Shown: piece by piece, positions 29,701 to 38,553 of the stretch
Position numbering within the stretch: the first letter of the stretch is position 1
How the letters are laid out: each line of letters starts with the position of its first letter
Source: an uncultured Subdoligranulum sp.
GTDB taxonomy: Bacteria > Bacillota > Clostridia > Christensenellales > CAG-314
Reading direction: 5' to 3'
DNA length: 64,000 bases
Assembly (NCBI GenBank): GCA_902496185.1
Contig: CABUZX010000006.1
Location: forward strand, 1,143 to 65,142
The notes under the pieces: model-generated
Seen by the model: only the letters and a program-made list of their open reading frames with translations
Told to the model about the DNA's origin: nothing
The model's database searches: none
Translations under genes and position numbers: made by a program

Positions 29701-30456
29701 ACGTATTTGTAAATATTCGTCAAAAGCCTTTTGCAAAAGTTGATCGTCAAATTTAACGGAATCTATCGTTGTCAAAAAAGTCGTATGACGGCAATGATCC
29801 GACCAATAAGTGTCGATAACCCTAATTTCCGTAACGGTTGGTTCTCTACCTTCTTGCTTAAAATACTGTTGGCAAAAACGGACGTCGTCTAAATCCATTG
29901 CAAGACCGTAATTTTTTACAAAGTCGAGCAAGCCCTTTTCGTCCAACGCCAAAAATCCGTCTATAGTTTGTATTTGCGTAGGCGCGGAATAATTTTCCGC
30001 AAGGGTATCGGGTTTTTCAAGAGACGCCAATCTTGATTCTACGGGATTGACGACGTACTTATATATCTTGTCAAGTTGTTGATCCGTAAGGTTGCCGTAA
30101 AGCATATATACCTTTGCGGTTTTTACAATCGGCCTCTCTTTTTTGGAAATAATCTGTATACATTGCGAAGCGGAATCTGCTCTTTGGTCAAATTGACCGG
30201 GCAGATACTCAACCGCAAACACCTTTGCATCTTCTTTCGGAAGTTCATACGAAACAATATCCAACTGAGGTTCGGCAAAAACGGTATATTTGCAATAATC
30301 AAACAACTCTTGGTCAATTTTTTCCACGTCGTAACGATTAAAGACGCGGAGATTATCCAACGTATCTATACCCAAAAGGATTTTAAGATCCGACAACAAG
30401 GCTTTTGCTTCGTTTGCAACCTGAGCCTTTTTTTCAACAAATATTCTGTATACCAT
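26758..30456 (-). CDS. purL: phosphoribosylformylglycinamidine synthase, large single-chain form
   Basis: About 1230 aa, with a fused synthetase plus a C-terminal glutaminase (GICNGFQAL, HGEGRF). Start set at ATG 30456 (MVYRIFVEKK). Confidence 0.95.
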   Translation of the reverse strand: MVYRIFVEKKAQVANEAKALLSDLKILLGIDTLDNLRVFNRYDVEKIDQELFDYCKYTVFAEPQLDIVSYELPKEDAKVFAVEYLPGQFDQRADSASQCIQIISKKERPIVKTAKVYMLYGNLTDQQLDKIYKYVVNPVESRLASLEKPDTLAENYSAPTQIQTIDGFLALDEKGLLDFVKNYGLAMDLDDVRFCQQYFKQEGREPTVTEIRVIDTYWSDHCRHTTFLTTIDSVKFDDQLLQKAFDEYLQIRKSLNRTKPINLMDIATIGAKYLKQNGYLTNLDESEEINACTVKMKVNVDGKTEDWLLLFKNETHNHPTEIEPFGGAATCVGGAIRDPLSGRSYVYGAMRISGASDPLKPVEETLKGKLPQRKIVTSAASGYSSYGNQIGLATGQVDEIYHDGYVAKHMEIGAVIGATPAKNVKREKPVDGDVIILLGGKTGRDGCGGATGSSKSHDVKSIETCGAEVQKGNAPEERKLQRLFRNKEASTLIKRCNDFGAGGVSVAIGELADGLDIDLNAVPKKYEGLDGTELAISESQERMAVVVADTDVQKFLQLVHEENLEATIVARVKSEPRLTMRWNGKNIVDISREFLNSNGAEKHINVHACAPQKFNKQINGSFAENLLKTAGDLNVCSKKGLVERFDSTIGANTVLMPFGGKYQATPIQAMVHKVAVEKGHTDTVSLMAWGYNPFIAEKSPYHGAYLAVVESVSKLIATGADFKDVYLTFQEYFEKLGKDSCRWGKPFSALLGALKAQIGLKVPAIGGKDSMSGSFEDLHVPPTLVSFAVTTDNVDNIVANQFKQSGNKVVLLRPEFDSNGLPTAESLLKVYNKTTELLRSGKAVSAYTPTYGGIAEAVMKMSFGNGLSFAFDDTLSTEDIFGYNYGAMLLEVTCDCVCNDFTTIGIVTDDGKFTYRNETVLAKDVATVYETKLEPIYPCNIIQTQKDIPVFDFNAKERCTPLVKVAKPKVLIPVFPGTNCEYDSAKAMADAGADTEIFIVKNLSADDISYSVEKFVKSLKTSQIVFIPGGFSGGDEPDGSGKFITAFFRNPEIKQEVTALLEKRDGLMCGICNGFQALIKLGLVPYGKIIDVTEDCPTLTYNTIARHQSMLVRTRVASNKSPWLKNTKVGQIFTVPVSHGEGRFFADEKTVLQLAQNGQIATQYVDLSGKPTADVRFNPNNSVCAIEGITSPDGRVFGKMGHSERIGYGLYKNVYANYDMQIFRSAVEYFKN

Positions 30457-30495
30457 AAAAACTGTCAATCCTTGATTTTACTTTTGTTTTTGATT

Positions 30496-31770
30496 TTATT
30501 CTTTACAAAGCGCTTTAAGCGCAACTTTGCCTATGTCTAAGCGGTAATAACCGTTTGAAAATTCTATCTGCTCAACCACACCGTAAGCGCTGTCTATGGC
30601 TTCTTTCAAGGTGTCTTTAACAGCAACTACTCCGAGTACTCTACCGCCCTTACTCATCAGTTTTTCGCCGTCTTTTTTTACGCCTGCCATATATATCTGT
30701 TGATTGTCTTGCAAGGTCGGCAAAACTATTTCAAAACCGTTTTGGTAACTCGTAGGATAACCTTTTGACGCAACTACTACGCAACAAGCGCTTTGATCTG
30801 CAAACTCTACCATTTCCTTGGTAAGAGTTTCTGCCTCTACTGCACGCATTACGTCAAGCAAATCGCTCTTTAACAACGGCAAAACAACTTGAGTTTCGGG
30901 GTCGCCAAACCTACAGTTGTATTCAATGACTTTTGGACCGTCAGCAGTCACTATCAAACCAAAGTACAAGCATCCCTTAAACGGTCTACCTTCCGCGCGC
31001 ATTGCATTTATCGTTGGTATAAAAATTTTTTGCATACACTCGGTCTCTATCTGCTTTGTATAATAAGGATTTGGCGCAACGGAACCCATACCGCCGGTAT
31101 TAAGTCCTTTGTCTCCGTCTAAAGCACGTTTGTGGTCCATTGAAGAAATCATTGGCACGATAGTCTTTCCGTCGGTAAATGTGAGTACGGATACTTCTAC
31201 CCCCGAAAGAAACTCTTCCACAACTATTTTTTCACCGCTTGCACCAAACTTTTTGTTTTGCATTGCGTCCAAAACCGCATTTATTGCTTCTTCCCTCGTA
31301 TAAGCAATAACCACGCCTTTGCCGAGCGCAAGACCGTCAGCCTTTATTACCGTTGGCAACGGAGCATTTTTGATAAACTCTAAAGCTTTATCCGCGTCGG
31401 AAAAAACCTCGTATTTAGCAGTGGGTATACCGTATTTTTTCATCAATTGCTTTGCGAAAATTTTGCTACCTTCGATAATAGCGCTTTTTTTGTCCGGACC
31501 AAAGCACTTGACGCCGATTTTGTGCAAAGCGTCTACCGCGCCAAGCACCAACGGATCGTCGGGAGCAACAACGGCAAAATCTATGTCGTTTGTTTTGGCA
31601 AATTCACAAATGGCGGGTATATCTTTGGGGTTTATATCAATACATTGCGCGTCGGAAGCTATGCCTCCGTTGCCCGGCAATGCAAAAATCTCCGTCACGC
31701 TTTTATTTTGCTTTATTTTTTTGATAATGGCGTGCTCTCTACCGCCACCACCTACAACCATTACTTTCAT
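30496..31770 (-). CDS. purD: phosphoribosylamine--glycine ligase
   Basis: 424 aa, MKVMVVGGGGREHA... Confidence 0.95.
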   Translation of the reverse strand: MKVMVVGGGGREHAIIKKIKQNKSVTEIFALPGNGGIASDAQCIDINPKDIPAICEFAKTNDIDFAVVAPDDPLVLGAVDALHKIGVKCFGPDKKSAIIEGSKIFAKQLMKKYGIPTAKYEVFSDADKALEFIKNAPLPTVIKADGLALGKGVVIAYTREEAINAVLDAMQNKKFGASGEKIVVEEFLSGVEVSVLTFTDGKTIVPMISSMDHKRALDGDKGLNTGGMGSVAPNPYYTKQIETECMQKIFIPTINAMRAEGRPFKGCLYFGLIVTADGPKVIEYNCRFGDPETQVVLPLLKSDLLDVMRAVEAETLTKEMVEFADQSACCVVVASKGYPTSYQNGFEIVLPTLQDNQQIYMAGVKKDGEKLMSKGGRVLGVVAVKDTLKEAIDSAYGVVEQIEFSNGYYRLDIGKVALKALCKE

Positions 31771-31785
31771 TTTTTACTCCGTGTT

Positions 31786-32979
31786 TTAGTGATGGAACAA
31801 ACGTAACCCCGTAAATGTCATCACTATGCCGTGTTTGTCGCAACACTCCGTTACGACGTCGTCGCGTTTGCTTCCACCTGGTTGAGCAATGTAAGAAACA
31901 CCGCTTTTAAAGGCTCTTTCGATATTGTCGTCAAACGGGAAAAACGCGTCGCTACCTAAAGACACGCCTTTAATCGTAGACAAATACGCCTTCTTTTCTT
32001 CACGGGTAAAACGCTCGGGCTTTTGTGAAAAATATTTCTTCCAATTGTCGCCAGCCAAAACGGTGTCGTTGTCGTCGTCATTGTCAGAAATATAAAGGTC
32101 TATTACGTTGTCGCGGTCAGGTCTGCCAATCGTAGGCAAAAATGGCAACGACAAAACCTTGTCGGTTTGTCTCAAATGCCAATTATCAGCCTTGCTACCG
32201 GCAAGTCTCGTACAGTGTATTCTTGATTGCTGTCCAGCGCCTACGCCGATTGCTTGTCCGTCAACGGCAAAGCATACGGAGTTGGATTGGGTGTATTTTA
32301 AGGTCAAAAGAGCTACTATTAAATCTCTTTTTGCTGACTCAGGAAGATTTTTTTGCTTTGTAACGATATTGTTCAGCATACTGTCTTCTGGCGCAAAGTT
32401 GTTTCTACCCTGTTGAAAAGTAATACCGTAAACCTGCTTTTTTTCCGTCTCGGCAGGAATAAAGTCAGGATTGATTTTGACGATATTGTAAGCGCCCTTC
32501 TTTTTTCTTTTAAGAATTTCCAACGCTTCTTCATCAAAATCGGGAGCAATAATACCATCAGAGACTTCTCTTGAAATAAGTTTTGCCGTAATCACGTCGC
32601 ATTTGTCAGACAAAGCAATCCAATCGCCGAAAGAAGACATACGATCGGTACCTCTCGCCCTTGCATACGCGCAAGCCAACAAAGATTGGTCAAGCTCCTC
32701 AATATCGTCCACAAAACAAGCTTTTTTCAATTTTTCGGGCAAAGGAATACCGACAGCCGCAGAAGTCGGGCTGACGTGTTTAAAAGAAGTTGCCGCAGGC
32801 AAACCTAAAGCCAATTTAAGTTCCTTTACCAACTGCCAACTGTTGAAAGCGTCCAAAAAGTTTATATATCCGGGACGTCCGTTGAGTACTTCTATAGGAA
32901 GGTCGCTACCGTCTTCCATAAATATAGAAGCGGGTTTTTGATTTGGATTGCATCCGTATTTCAAAAGAAATTCTTTCAT
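31786..32979 (-). CDS. purH: AICAR formyltransferase (PurH AICARFT domain only, no IMP cyclohydrolase domain)
   Basis: 397 aa. Starts directly with LKYGCNPNQ and FKHVSPTSAAVG and ends GLRLFHH. The roughly 200-aa MGS-like N-terminal domain is absent. Confidence 0.85.
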   Translation of the reverse strand: MKEFLLKYGCNPNQKPASIFMEDGSDLPIEVLNGRPGYINFLDAFNSWQLVKELKLALGLPAATSFKHVSPTSAAVGIPLPEKLKKACFVDDIEELDQSLLACAYARARGTDRMSSFGDWIALSDKCDVITAKLISREVSDGIIAPDFDEEALEILKRKKKGAYNIVKINPDFIPAETEKKQVYGITFQQGRNNFAPEDSMLNNIVTKQKNLPESAKRDLIVALLTLKYTQSNSVCFAVDGQAIGVGAGQQSRIHCTRLAGSKADNWHLRQTDKVLSLPFLPTIGRPDRDNVIDLYISDNDDDNDTVLAGDNWKKYFSQKPERFTREEKKAYLSTIKGVSLGSDAFFPFDDNIERAFKSGVSYIAQPGGSKRDDVVTECCDKHGIVMTFTGLRLFHH

Positions 32980-33005
32980 TATTATCTCCTTTTAACAATC
33001 TTTGT

Positions 33006-33734
33006 TTAATTGTTTTTGTTTATCAATCTGTTTTCTTCCTTTCCGTCGTTTAAATTTACGTAACGGACGTAAAGAGAAATTTTGTTATCTTCATCAAGGT
33101 TTTGCCACAACGTATTGGTAAATTCGTCTATACTTTCAGGAATAGCCACTCTTTCAGGTTCACCTACAAAAGTGGGGATTGGATTACCGTCGCAAACGTA
33201 AGTGTGCAAAAAGTGTCCTAAACCGTTTAGCGCAGAGTACGAAAAAGTAAAGCGGTTGCACGCCGTACCCTCTTTGTCGGCGCTCTTTAATATGCTCATC
33301 TCGTAAGAAAAATCGCTGTCTAACAAGGTCAAAATACCACTGATACGGGGAGTAAAGTTTGGCGCGTCAGGTTCAAAACATCTTGCTTTTAAACTTTCGT
33401 AAAAGTTTTTGCCCTTTTGCTCGCCCTCGTATACAGTATCGGTTTGATTGCCGTTTGTGACTATCAGCTTGTCGTTTATTTTGCGTATAGGCGAATATAT
33501 AATTAAAGACGGATCCTGTACTTTTGAAGCGTCAAAGGGATAAATCACAACTTCACCGTTTGGTTTTTCTTCAAAAATACGGTTGCGACTGTTTTGGCTT
33601 CTACCCATAATAAAGTAAGCAACTACCGCCTTTGCTCCGCTTGGGGTTTTGCCTATTACTATACCTCTCCCCACGTAAGAATTGCCTCTTAATAGGTCGT
33701 CGATTTTGTTTATTTTGTAAATATCAATATCCAT
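33006..33734 (-). CDS. purO: archaeal-type IMP cyclohydrolase (PurO family)
   Basis: 242 aa. YVGRGIVIGKTPSGAKAVVAYFIMGRSQNSRNR...IVTNGNQTD resembles PurO. Confidence 0.7.
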   Translation of the reverse strand: MDIDIYKINKIDDLLRGNSYVGRGIVIGKTPSGAKAVVAYFIMGRSQNSRNRIFEEKPNGEVVIYPFDASKVQDPSLIIYSPIRKINDKLIVTNGNQTDTVYEGEQKGKNFYESLKARCFEPDAPNFTPRISGILTLLDSDFSYEMSILKSADKEGTACNRFTFSYSALNGLGHFLHTYVCDGNPIPTFVGEPERVAIPESIDEFTNTLWQNLDEDNKISLYVRYVNLNDGKEENRLINKNN

Positions 33735-34350
33735 TATTTGCTCCTTTTTGCTTAAGTAATTTTTGAGATACTATCTCTACCGCTTGTGGAAAGATTACCC
33801 ACTCGGCTTGCTCCATAACTCTACGTTGAAGTATTTCGGGAGTATCGCCCTCCTCCACGTATACCGGTTTTTGCAAAATAATTTTTCCACCGTCGGGTAT
33901 TTCGTTGACGTAATGCGCCGTTGCGCCCGTAACTTTTACACCGTAATCAAGTACGGCTTTGTGTACGTTAAGTCCATAAAAACCTTTTCCGCAAAAAGAC
34001 GGTATAAGGGAAGGATGTATATTGATAATTCTGTCGCGATAAGCCGAAGTAAAACTCTCCGACAAAATACTCATAAATCCTGCCAAAACGATAAGTTCCA
34101 CACCGTTTTTTTGCAAAAGTGAAATTAATTCTTCTTCAAATTTTTGTTGATTACCTATGGCTTTTTTATCCACTACCGCCGTAGCAATATCGGCGTCGCT
34201 TGCTCTTTTTAGGGCAAAAACGTCGGGCTTACTTGAAACTACGAGACAAACTTCGCCACTATTTATCGTTCCGTTTCGTTGTCCGTCGATAATAGCCTGC
34301 AAATTTGTACCACCGCCAGAAACGAATACCGCTATTTTAATTTTTTTCAT
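33724..34350 (-). CDS. purN: phosphoribosylglycinamide formyltransferase
   Basis: MKKIKIAVFVSGGGTNLQAII..., with NIHPSLIP. ATG 34350 is preferred to the TTG at 34383. Confidence 0.9.
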   Translation of the reverse strand: MKKIKIAVFVSGGGTNLQAIIDGQRNGTINSGEVCLVVSSKPDVFALKRASDADIATAVVDKKAIGNQQKFEEELISLLQKNGVELIVLAGFMSILSESFTSAYRDRIINIHPSLIPSFCGKGFYGLNVHKAVLDYGVKVTGATAHYVNEIPDGGKIILQKPVYVEEGDTPEILQRRVMEQAEWVIFPQAVEIVSQKLLKQKGANNGY

Positions 34351-34369
34351 AATTTTATATATTGATTTA

Positions 34370-35416
34370 TTAGCAAATGACAATACCGTCTTCGCCCTTT
34401 ATGACTTCGCCGATTACGTAAGCGTCTTCGCCTGCGGTTTTTAATACGTCGAGAGCTTTTTGAGCCTCGTCTTTAGAAACCACCGCCACCATACCTACGC
34501 CCATATTAAAGGTATTAAACATATCACGCTCGGAAATATTGCCTGTCTTTTGCAAAACGTCAAACACGGGCAATACCCTGATTGCTGATTTTTGTACCTT
34601 TGCCGTAAAGCCTTTTGCAAAGCTACGCGGAATATTTTCGTAAAAACCACCGCCTGTAATATGCGATACTCCTTTAACGGTAACTTCTTCAAACAATTTA
34701 AGCATAGGTTTAACGTAAATTTTTGTAGGTGTAAGCAATACTTCGCCGAGAGATTTTCCGCCAAAATCAGCGCAAGGAGACTGTATATCCTTATTTTCGA
34801 TATCAAAGACTTTTCTTACAAGCGAAAAACCGTTGGAGTGTACTCCAGAAGAAGGTAATGCAATAATAACGTCGCCTTCTATCATCTTTTTGTTGTCGAT
34901 AATTTTACTTTTGTCCACTACGCCTACGGCAAAACCTGCAAGGTCGTATTCGTTTTGGGGATAAAAACCCGGCATTTCCGCCGTTTCGCCACCTATGAGA
35001 GCGCAATCCGCCTGAACGCAACCTTCTGCTACGCCTTTGACTATATCAGCAATACGCTCGGGAACGTTTTTTCCACAAGCGATATAATCCAAAAAGAACA
35101 ATGGCTTTGCGCCACAACAAATAACGTCGTTTACGCACATTGCAACGCAATCTATACCTACCGTAGAATGTTTGTCCATTTTAAAGGCAAGCTTGAGTTT
35201 GGTGCCTACACCATCCGTACCGCTAACCAATATCGGACGGGCTATACCTGTCAAATCAAGTTCAAAAAGACCGCCGAAACCGCCGACGTCCGAACAAACG
35301 CCTTTTGTTAAAGTCTTTTTGATATGCTCTTTCATAAGGTCAACCGCTTTGTAACCCGCAGTAATATCTACACCTGCGTTTTTGTAACTTTCGCTGAAAC
35401 TGTTTGATTTTGGCAT
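34370..35416 (-). CDS. purM: phosphoribosylformylglycinamidine cyclo-ligase
   Basis: 348 aa, with YKNAGVDI and SGTDGVGTK motifs. Confidence 0.95.
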   Translation of the reverse strand: MPKSNSFSESYKNAGVDITAGYKAVDLMKEHIKKTLTKGVCSDVGGFGGLFELDLTGIARPILVSGTDGVGTKLKLAFKMDKHSTVGIDCVAMCVNDVICCGAKPLFFLDYIACGKNVPERIADIVKGVAEGCVQADCALIGGETAEMPGFYPQNEYDLAGFAVGVVDKSKIIDNKKMIEGDVIIALPSSGVHSNGFSLVRKVFDIENKDIQSPCADFGGKSLGEVLLTPTKIYVKPMLKLFEEVTVKGVSHITGGGFYENIPRSFAKGFTAKVQKSAIRVLPVFDVLQKTGNISERDMFNTFNMGVGMVAVVSKDEAQKALDVLKTAGEDAYVIGEVIKGEDGIVIC

Positions 35417-35455
35417 AATATTTCTTCCTACTTTATATTGAATTTTTTCTTTTGA

Positions 35456-36886
35456 TTATTCGTTAATCTTTTTTTCAAATCTGCTTTTTGCAGTATTTTG
35501 AGGTACTTCCGTCGGATAATTTCCGTCAAAGCAAGCCGTACAAAATCCGTCGCAGTTTTTACCCGTAAGCATTTTTACCTGCTCCAAAGTAAGGTAACCG
35601 AGCGTATTCGCTCCTATAAACTTGGCTATTTCCTCCACGGAATATTTGCAAGCAATAAGATTTTCTTTAGAGTCTATGTCCGTGCCGTAAAAGCAAGGGT
35701 TCAAAAACGGCGGAGAAGAAATGCGTAAATGTACTTCCTTGGCGCCTGCGTCCAAGAGTAGTTTGACAACTCTACGCGAAGTAGTACCTCTTACGATAGA
35801 ATCGTCTACCAACACGACTCTTTTGCCGTTTACTACTTCCTTAACGGGATTAAGTTTTATTCGTACTTGATTTTCTCTCATCTTTTGAGTGGGAGAAATA
35901 AAAGTACGTCCGATATACTTGTTTTTGATAAATCCCGTCATAAACGGTATACCCGACTCTCTTGAGTATCCTATTGCAGAGTCAATACCCGAATCGGGAC
36001 ACCCGATTACAACGTCGGCTTCTACGGGATGTGTACGCGCCAAAAACTCACCTGCTCTGATTCTTGCCGTACTTACGGTGCATCCGTCGATTACGGAATC
36101 AGGACGAGAAAAATAAATATATTCAAAAACACAGCTTGACCTAGCAACTTTGTTGCAATGCTCTGTTATAGACTTTACTCCGTCTTTGGAAAAAACAATG
36201 ATTTCACCCGGCTCAAGGTCTCTTATAAACTTTGCGTTTACTGCATCCAAAGCGCAACTTTCACTCGCAACGACGTAAGTACCGTCGTCGGTTTTGCCAA
36301 AACAAACGGGTCTAAAACCGTGTCTATCTCTTACTGCAATAAGTTTTGCAGGAGACATCAATACGAAAGAATACGCCCCCTTAATTTTGTTGACGGCAGA
36401 GCTTACAGCCTCTTCGATTGATCCCTTAGAAAGTCTTTCCTTAGTGATAAGGTAAGAAATAACTTCCGTATCGCTGGTGGTATGAAAAATAGAGCCGTTC
36501 AACTCCAACTCCGTACGCAATTCCAGCGAATTGGTAATGTTGCCGTTGTGGGCAAGCGCCATTCTTCCTTTGACGTGATTGACTACGAGCGGTTGAGCGT
36601 TTTCTCTATCGGTTGAACCGGTAGTACCGTAACGGACGTGACCTATTGCAATACTACCTTCGCCAAGCTTTGTTAAAATATCCTGATTAAAAACGTCGTT
36701 TACAAGACCTATATCTTTGTAAAAATTAAACAAACCGTCGTCGTTGACCACTATACCGCAACTCTCTTGTCCGCGGTGTTGTAAGGCAAACAAGCCGTAA
36801 TAAACGTCGGAGGCTATTTCGTAATTTTTTGAGGAATAAACACCAAATATACCGCACTCTTCATGAATTTTCTCAAAACTGTCCAT
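35456..36886 (-). CDS. purF: amidophosphoribosyltransferase
   Basis: 476 aa. ECGIFGV N-terminal nucleophile, DDSIVRGTT PRPP loop, and a C-terminal Cys cluster. Confidence 0.95.
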   Translation of the reverse strand: MDSFEKIHEECGIFGVYSSKNYEIASDVYYGLFALQHRGQESCGIVVNDDGLFNFYKDIGLVNDVFNQDILTKLGEGSIAIGHVRYGTTGSTDRENAQPLVVNHVKGRMALAHNGNITNSLELRTELELNGSIFHTTSDTEVISYLITKERLSKGSIEEAVSSAVNKIKGAYSFVLMSPAKLIAVRDRHGFRPVCFGKTDDGTYVVASESCALDAVNAKFIRDLEPGEIIVFSKDGVKSITEHCNKVARSSCVFEYIYFSRPDSVIDGCTVSTARIRAGEFLARTHPVEADVVIGCPDSGIDSAIGYSRESGIPFMTGFIKNKYIGRTFISPTQKMRENQVRIKLNPVKEVVNGKRVVLVDDSIVRGTTSRRVVKLLLDAGAKEVHLRISSPPFLNPCFYGTDIDSKENLIACKYSVEEIAKFIGANTLGYLTLEQVKMLTGKNCDGFCTACFDGNYPTEVPQNTAKSRFEKKINE

Positions 36887-37605
36887 TATTTACCAAATAC
36901 TCTCCTCATCATTTCGTTGTAAGCGTCTTCTACGCCACCCATATCTCTTCTAAAACGGTCCTTGTCAAGTTTTTCGTGAGTGGTAGCATCCCAAAAACGA
37001 CACGTATCGGGAGAAATTTCGTCCGCAAGAATAATTTCACCATTTGGGGTTTTGCCAAATTCCAACTTAAAGTCTACCAAGTCGACGTTTACTTCCTTAA
37101 AAAACCCCACGAGATAGTCGTTGATTTTAAAGGCAAGGTCGGCAATTGTTTTGAGCTCAGCCTCGGTACAGTACTCCATAGCAAGAATATGATAGTCGTT
37201 TACCATTGGGTCGTCAAGTTCGTCACATTTGTAGCAATATTCCAAAACGGGTTTTTTCATTACGTAACCTTCTTTTAGTCCAAGACGTTTTGCCAACGAA
37301 CCTGCCGCAATATTGCGCACGATAACTTCCAACGGAACGATAGTGACTTTTTTTACTATTGTTTCTCTATCAGAAATTTCCTCAACAAAGTGAGTTGGTA
37401 TACCCTGCTCGTTGAGTTTTTGCATAAGGTAGTTAGACATTTTGTTGTTTACTACGCCCTTGCCGTCAATCACGCTCTTCTTTTTGCCGTTAAAAGCAGT
37501 TGCGTCGTCCTTGTATGACACGATATAAAAATCGGGATTTGTAGTTTCGAATACTTTTTTTGCTTTTCCTTCGTACAATTGTGTGGTTTTTTCAATGTTT
37601 TGCAT
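36886..37605 (-). CDS. purC: SAICAR synthase
   Basis: 239 aa, LYEGKAKKVF... Confidence 0.95.
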   Translation of the reverse strand: MQNIEKTTQLYEGKAKKVFETTNPDFYIVSYKDDATAFNGKKKSVIDGKGVVNNKMSNYLMQKLNEQGIPTHFVEEISDRETIVKKVTIVPLEVIVRNIAAGSLAKRLGLKEGYVMKKPVLEYCYKCDELDDPMVNDYHILAMEYCTEAELKTIADLAFKINDYLVGFFKEVNVDLVDFKLEFGKTPNGEIILADEISPDTCRFWDATTHEKLDKDRFRRDMGGVEDAYNEMMRRVFGK

Positions 37606-37675
37606 GATTTTTACCTCTTTTTTGTAAATATACTTTTAAGCTTGACAGGCTTTTGAATTGTTTGATTTTGCAATA

Positions 37676-38167
37676 TTAATTATTGAATTTTTTTGAAACT
37701 TCCATATCGACGCTCAAAACTTTTTGTCTGCCCTCTTCTCTCGTTTGATTAAGTTTTTGCGCAAGTTGCTCGTCAAAAACGGAAAGAATTTGCACAGCAA
37801 GCGTTGCAGCGTTTACCGCTCCGTCTATAGCAACGGTTGCAACGGGGATACCCGACGGCATCTGAACCGTAGCAAGCAACGCATCCATACCGTCTAAGGA
37901 AGATTTTATCGGAATACCTATGACGGGCAACGTCGTATTTGCAGCCAACGCTCCCGCAAGGTGTGCCGCCATACCAGCAGCCCCGATAATGACGCCAAAA
38001 CCATTTGCTCTTGCATTTTGAGCAAATTCTTTAGATTCTTCAGGCGTGCGGTGCGCGGAAAAAACGTGTACTTCGTAAGGTACTCCGTAGTTTTTTAAAG
38101 TATTTACGGCTTTTTCTACAACGGGCAAATCGCTCGCGCTACCCATTATTATAGCTACTTTTTTCAT
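37676..38167 (-). CDS. purE: N5-CAIR mutase / AIR carboxylase PurE
   Basis: Start set at [13 protein letters not shown] after a GGGGAGG Shine-Dalgarno sequence. The longer ORF would read through the riboswitch and terminator. Confidence 0.9.
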   Translation of the reverse strand: MKKVAIIMGSASDLPVVEKAVNTLKNYGVPYEVHVFSAHRTPEESKEFAQNARANGFGVIIGAAGMAAHLAGALAANTTLPVIGIPIKSSLDGMDALLATVQMPSGIPVATVAIDGAVNAATLAVQILSVFDEQLAQKLNQTREEGRQKVLSVDMEVSKKFNN

Positions 38168-38214
38168 ATATTTCCTCCCCAAAAAAAACAAAACTGACTT
38201 TAACTCGGATTTAA

Positions 38215-38260
38215 ACAAAAAAAGGTAGTCCTTTTTTGCTAACACAAAAAATACTACCCA
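38215..38260 (-). terminator. riboswitch expression-platform terminator
   Basis: RNA reads GGUAGUAUUUUUUG-UGUUAG-CAAAAAAGGACUACC followed by U7. The 5' arm overlaps the aptamer 3' end (CUGGGUAG). Confidence 0.75.
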
Positions 38261-38330
38261 GACGGACGATAAAAAATATCTCCTACACTCCCCTGCGGTC
38301 ATCCGCTTTCCGTCAGTCGTGTAGTGTGTT
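38254..38330 (-). promoter_or_regulatory. ZTP (pfl-motif) riboswitch aptamer
   Basis: RNA reads CACUACAC-GACUGACGG-AAA-GCGGAUGACCGC-AGGGGAG-UGUAG...linker...CGUCCGUCUGGGUAG. It matches the consensus GACUGGCG...CCGGGGAG...CCGCCUGGGC, with a compensatory GACG/CGUC change. Confidence 0.75.
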
Positions 38331-38344
38331 ATTAAATTGATTAA

Positions 38345-38373
38345 ATTATAACTTTTTTAATAAATATTGTCAA
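38345..38373 (-). promoter_or_regulatory. sigma-A-type promoter of the pur operon
   Basis: Minus strand reads TTGACA-17 nt-TATAAT, about 15 nt upstream of the aptamer. Confidence 0.7.
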
Positions 38374-38553
38374 GTAAACTTGCAACAAAAAGTACGCGTC
38401 TTACAAAATAAATCACTTGCAAAATAAAGCCAACAACTTTACTTATTTATCGTTTTATGATAAAATTATTATTAAATTGCGCCGAATGCTTTTTTATAAA
38501 CTCGACCTCATCATATAATGCAAATATTAAAAACAAAACAAGGAGAATCCTTT

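Noticed and set aside
37676-38302. The long form of the purE ORF (208 aa, starting [10 protein letters not shown]...).
   Set aside because: The first 45 codons run through the ZTP aptamer and its terminator and have no PurE similarity. [13 protein letters not shown] at 38167 follows a GGGGAGG Shine-Dalgarno sequence and matches PurE N-termini.
38254-38330. A purine (guanine/adenine) riboswitch as the pur operon leader.
   Set aside because: There is no three-way-junction sequence of the UAUAAUCGCG...CCGACUA type. The conserved blocks match the ZTP/pfl motif instead.
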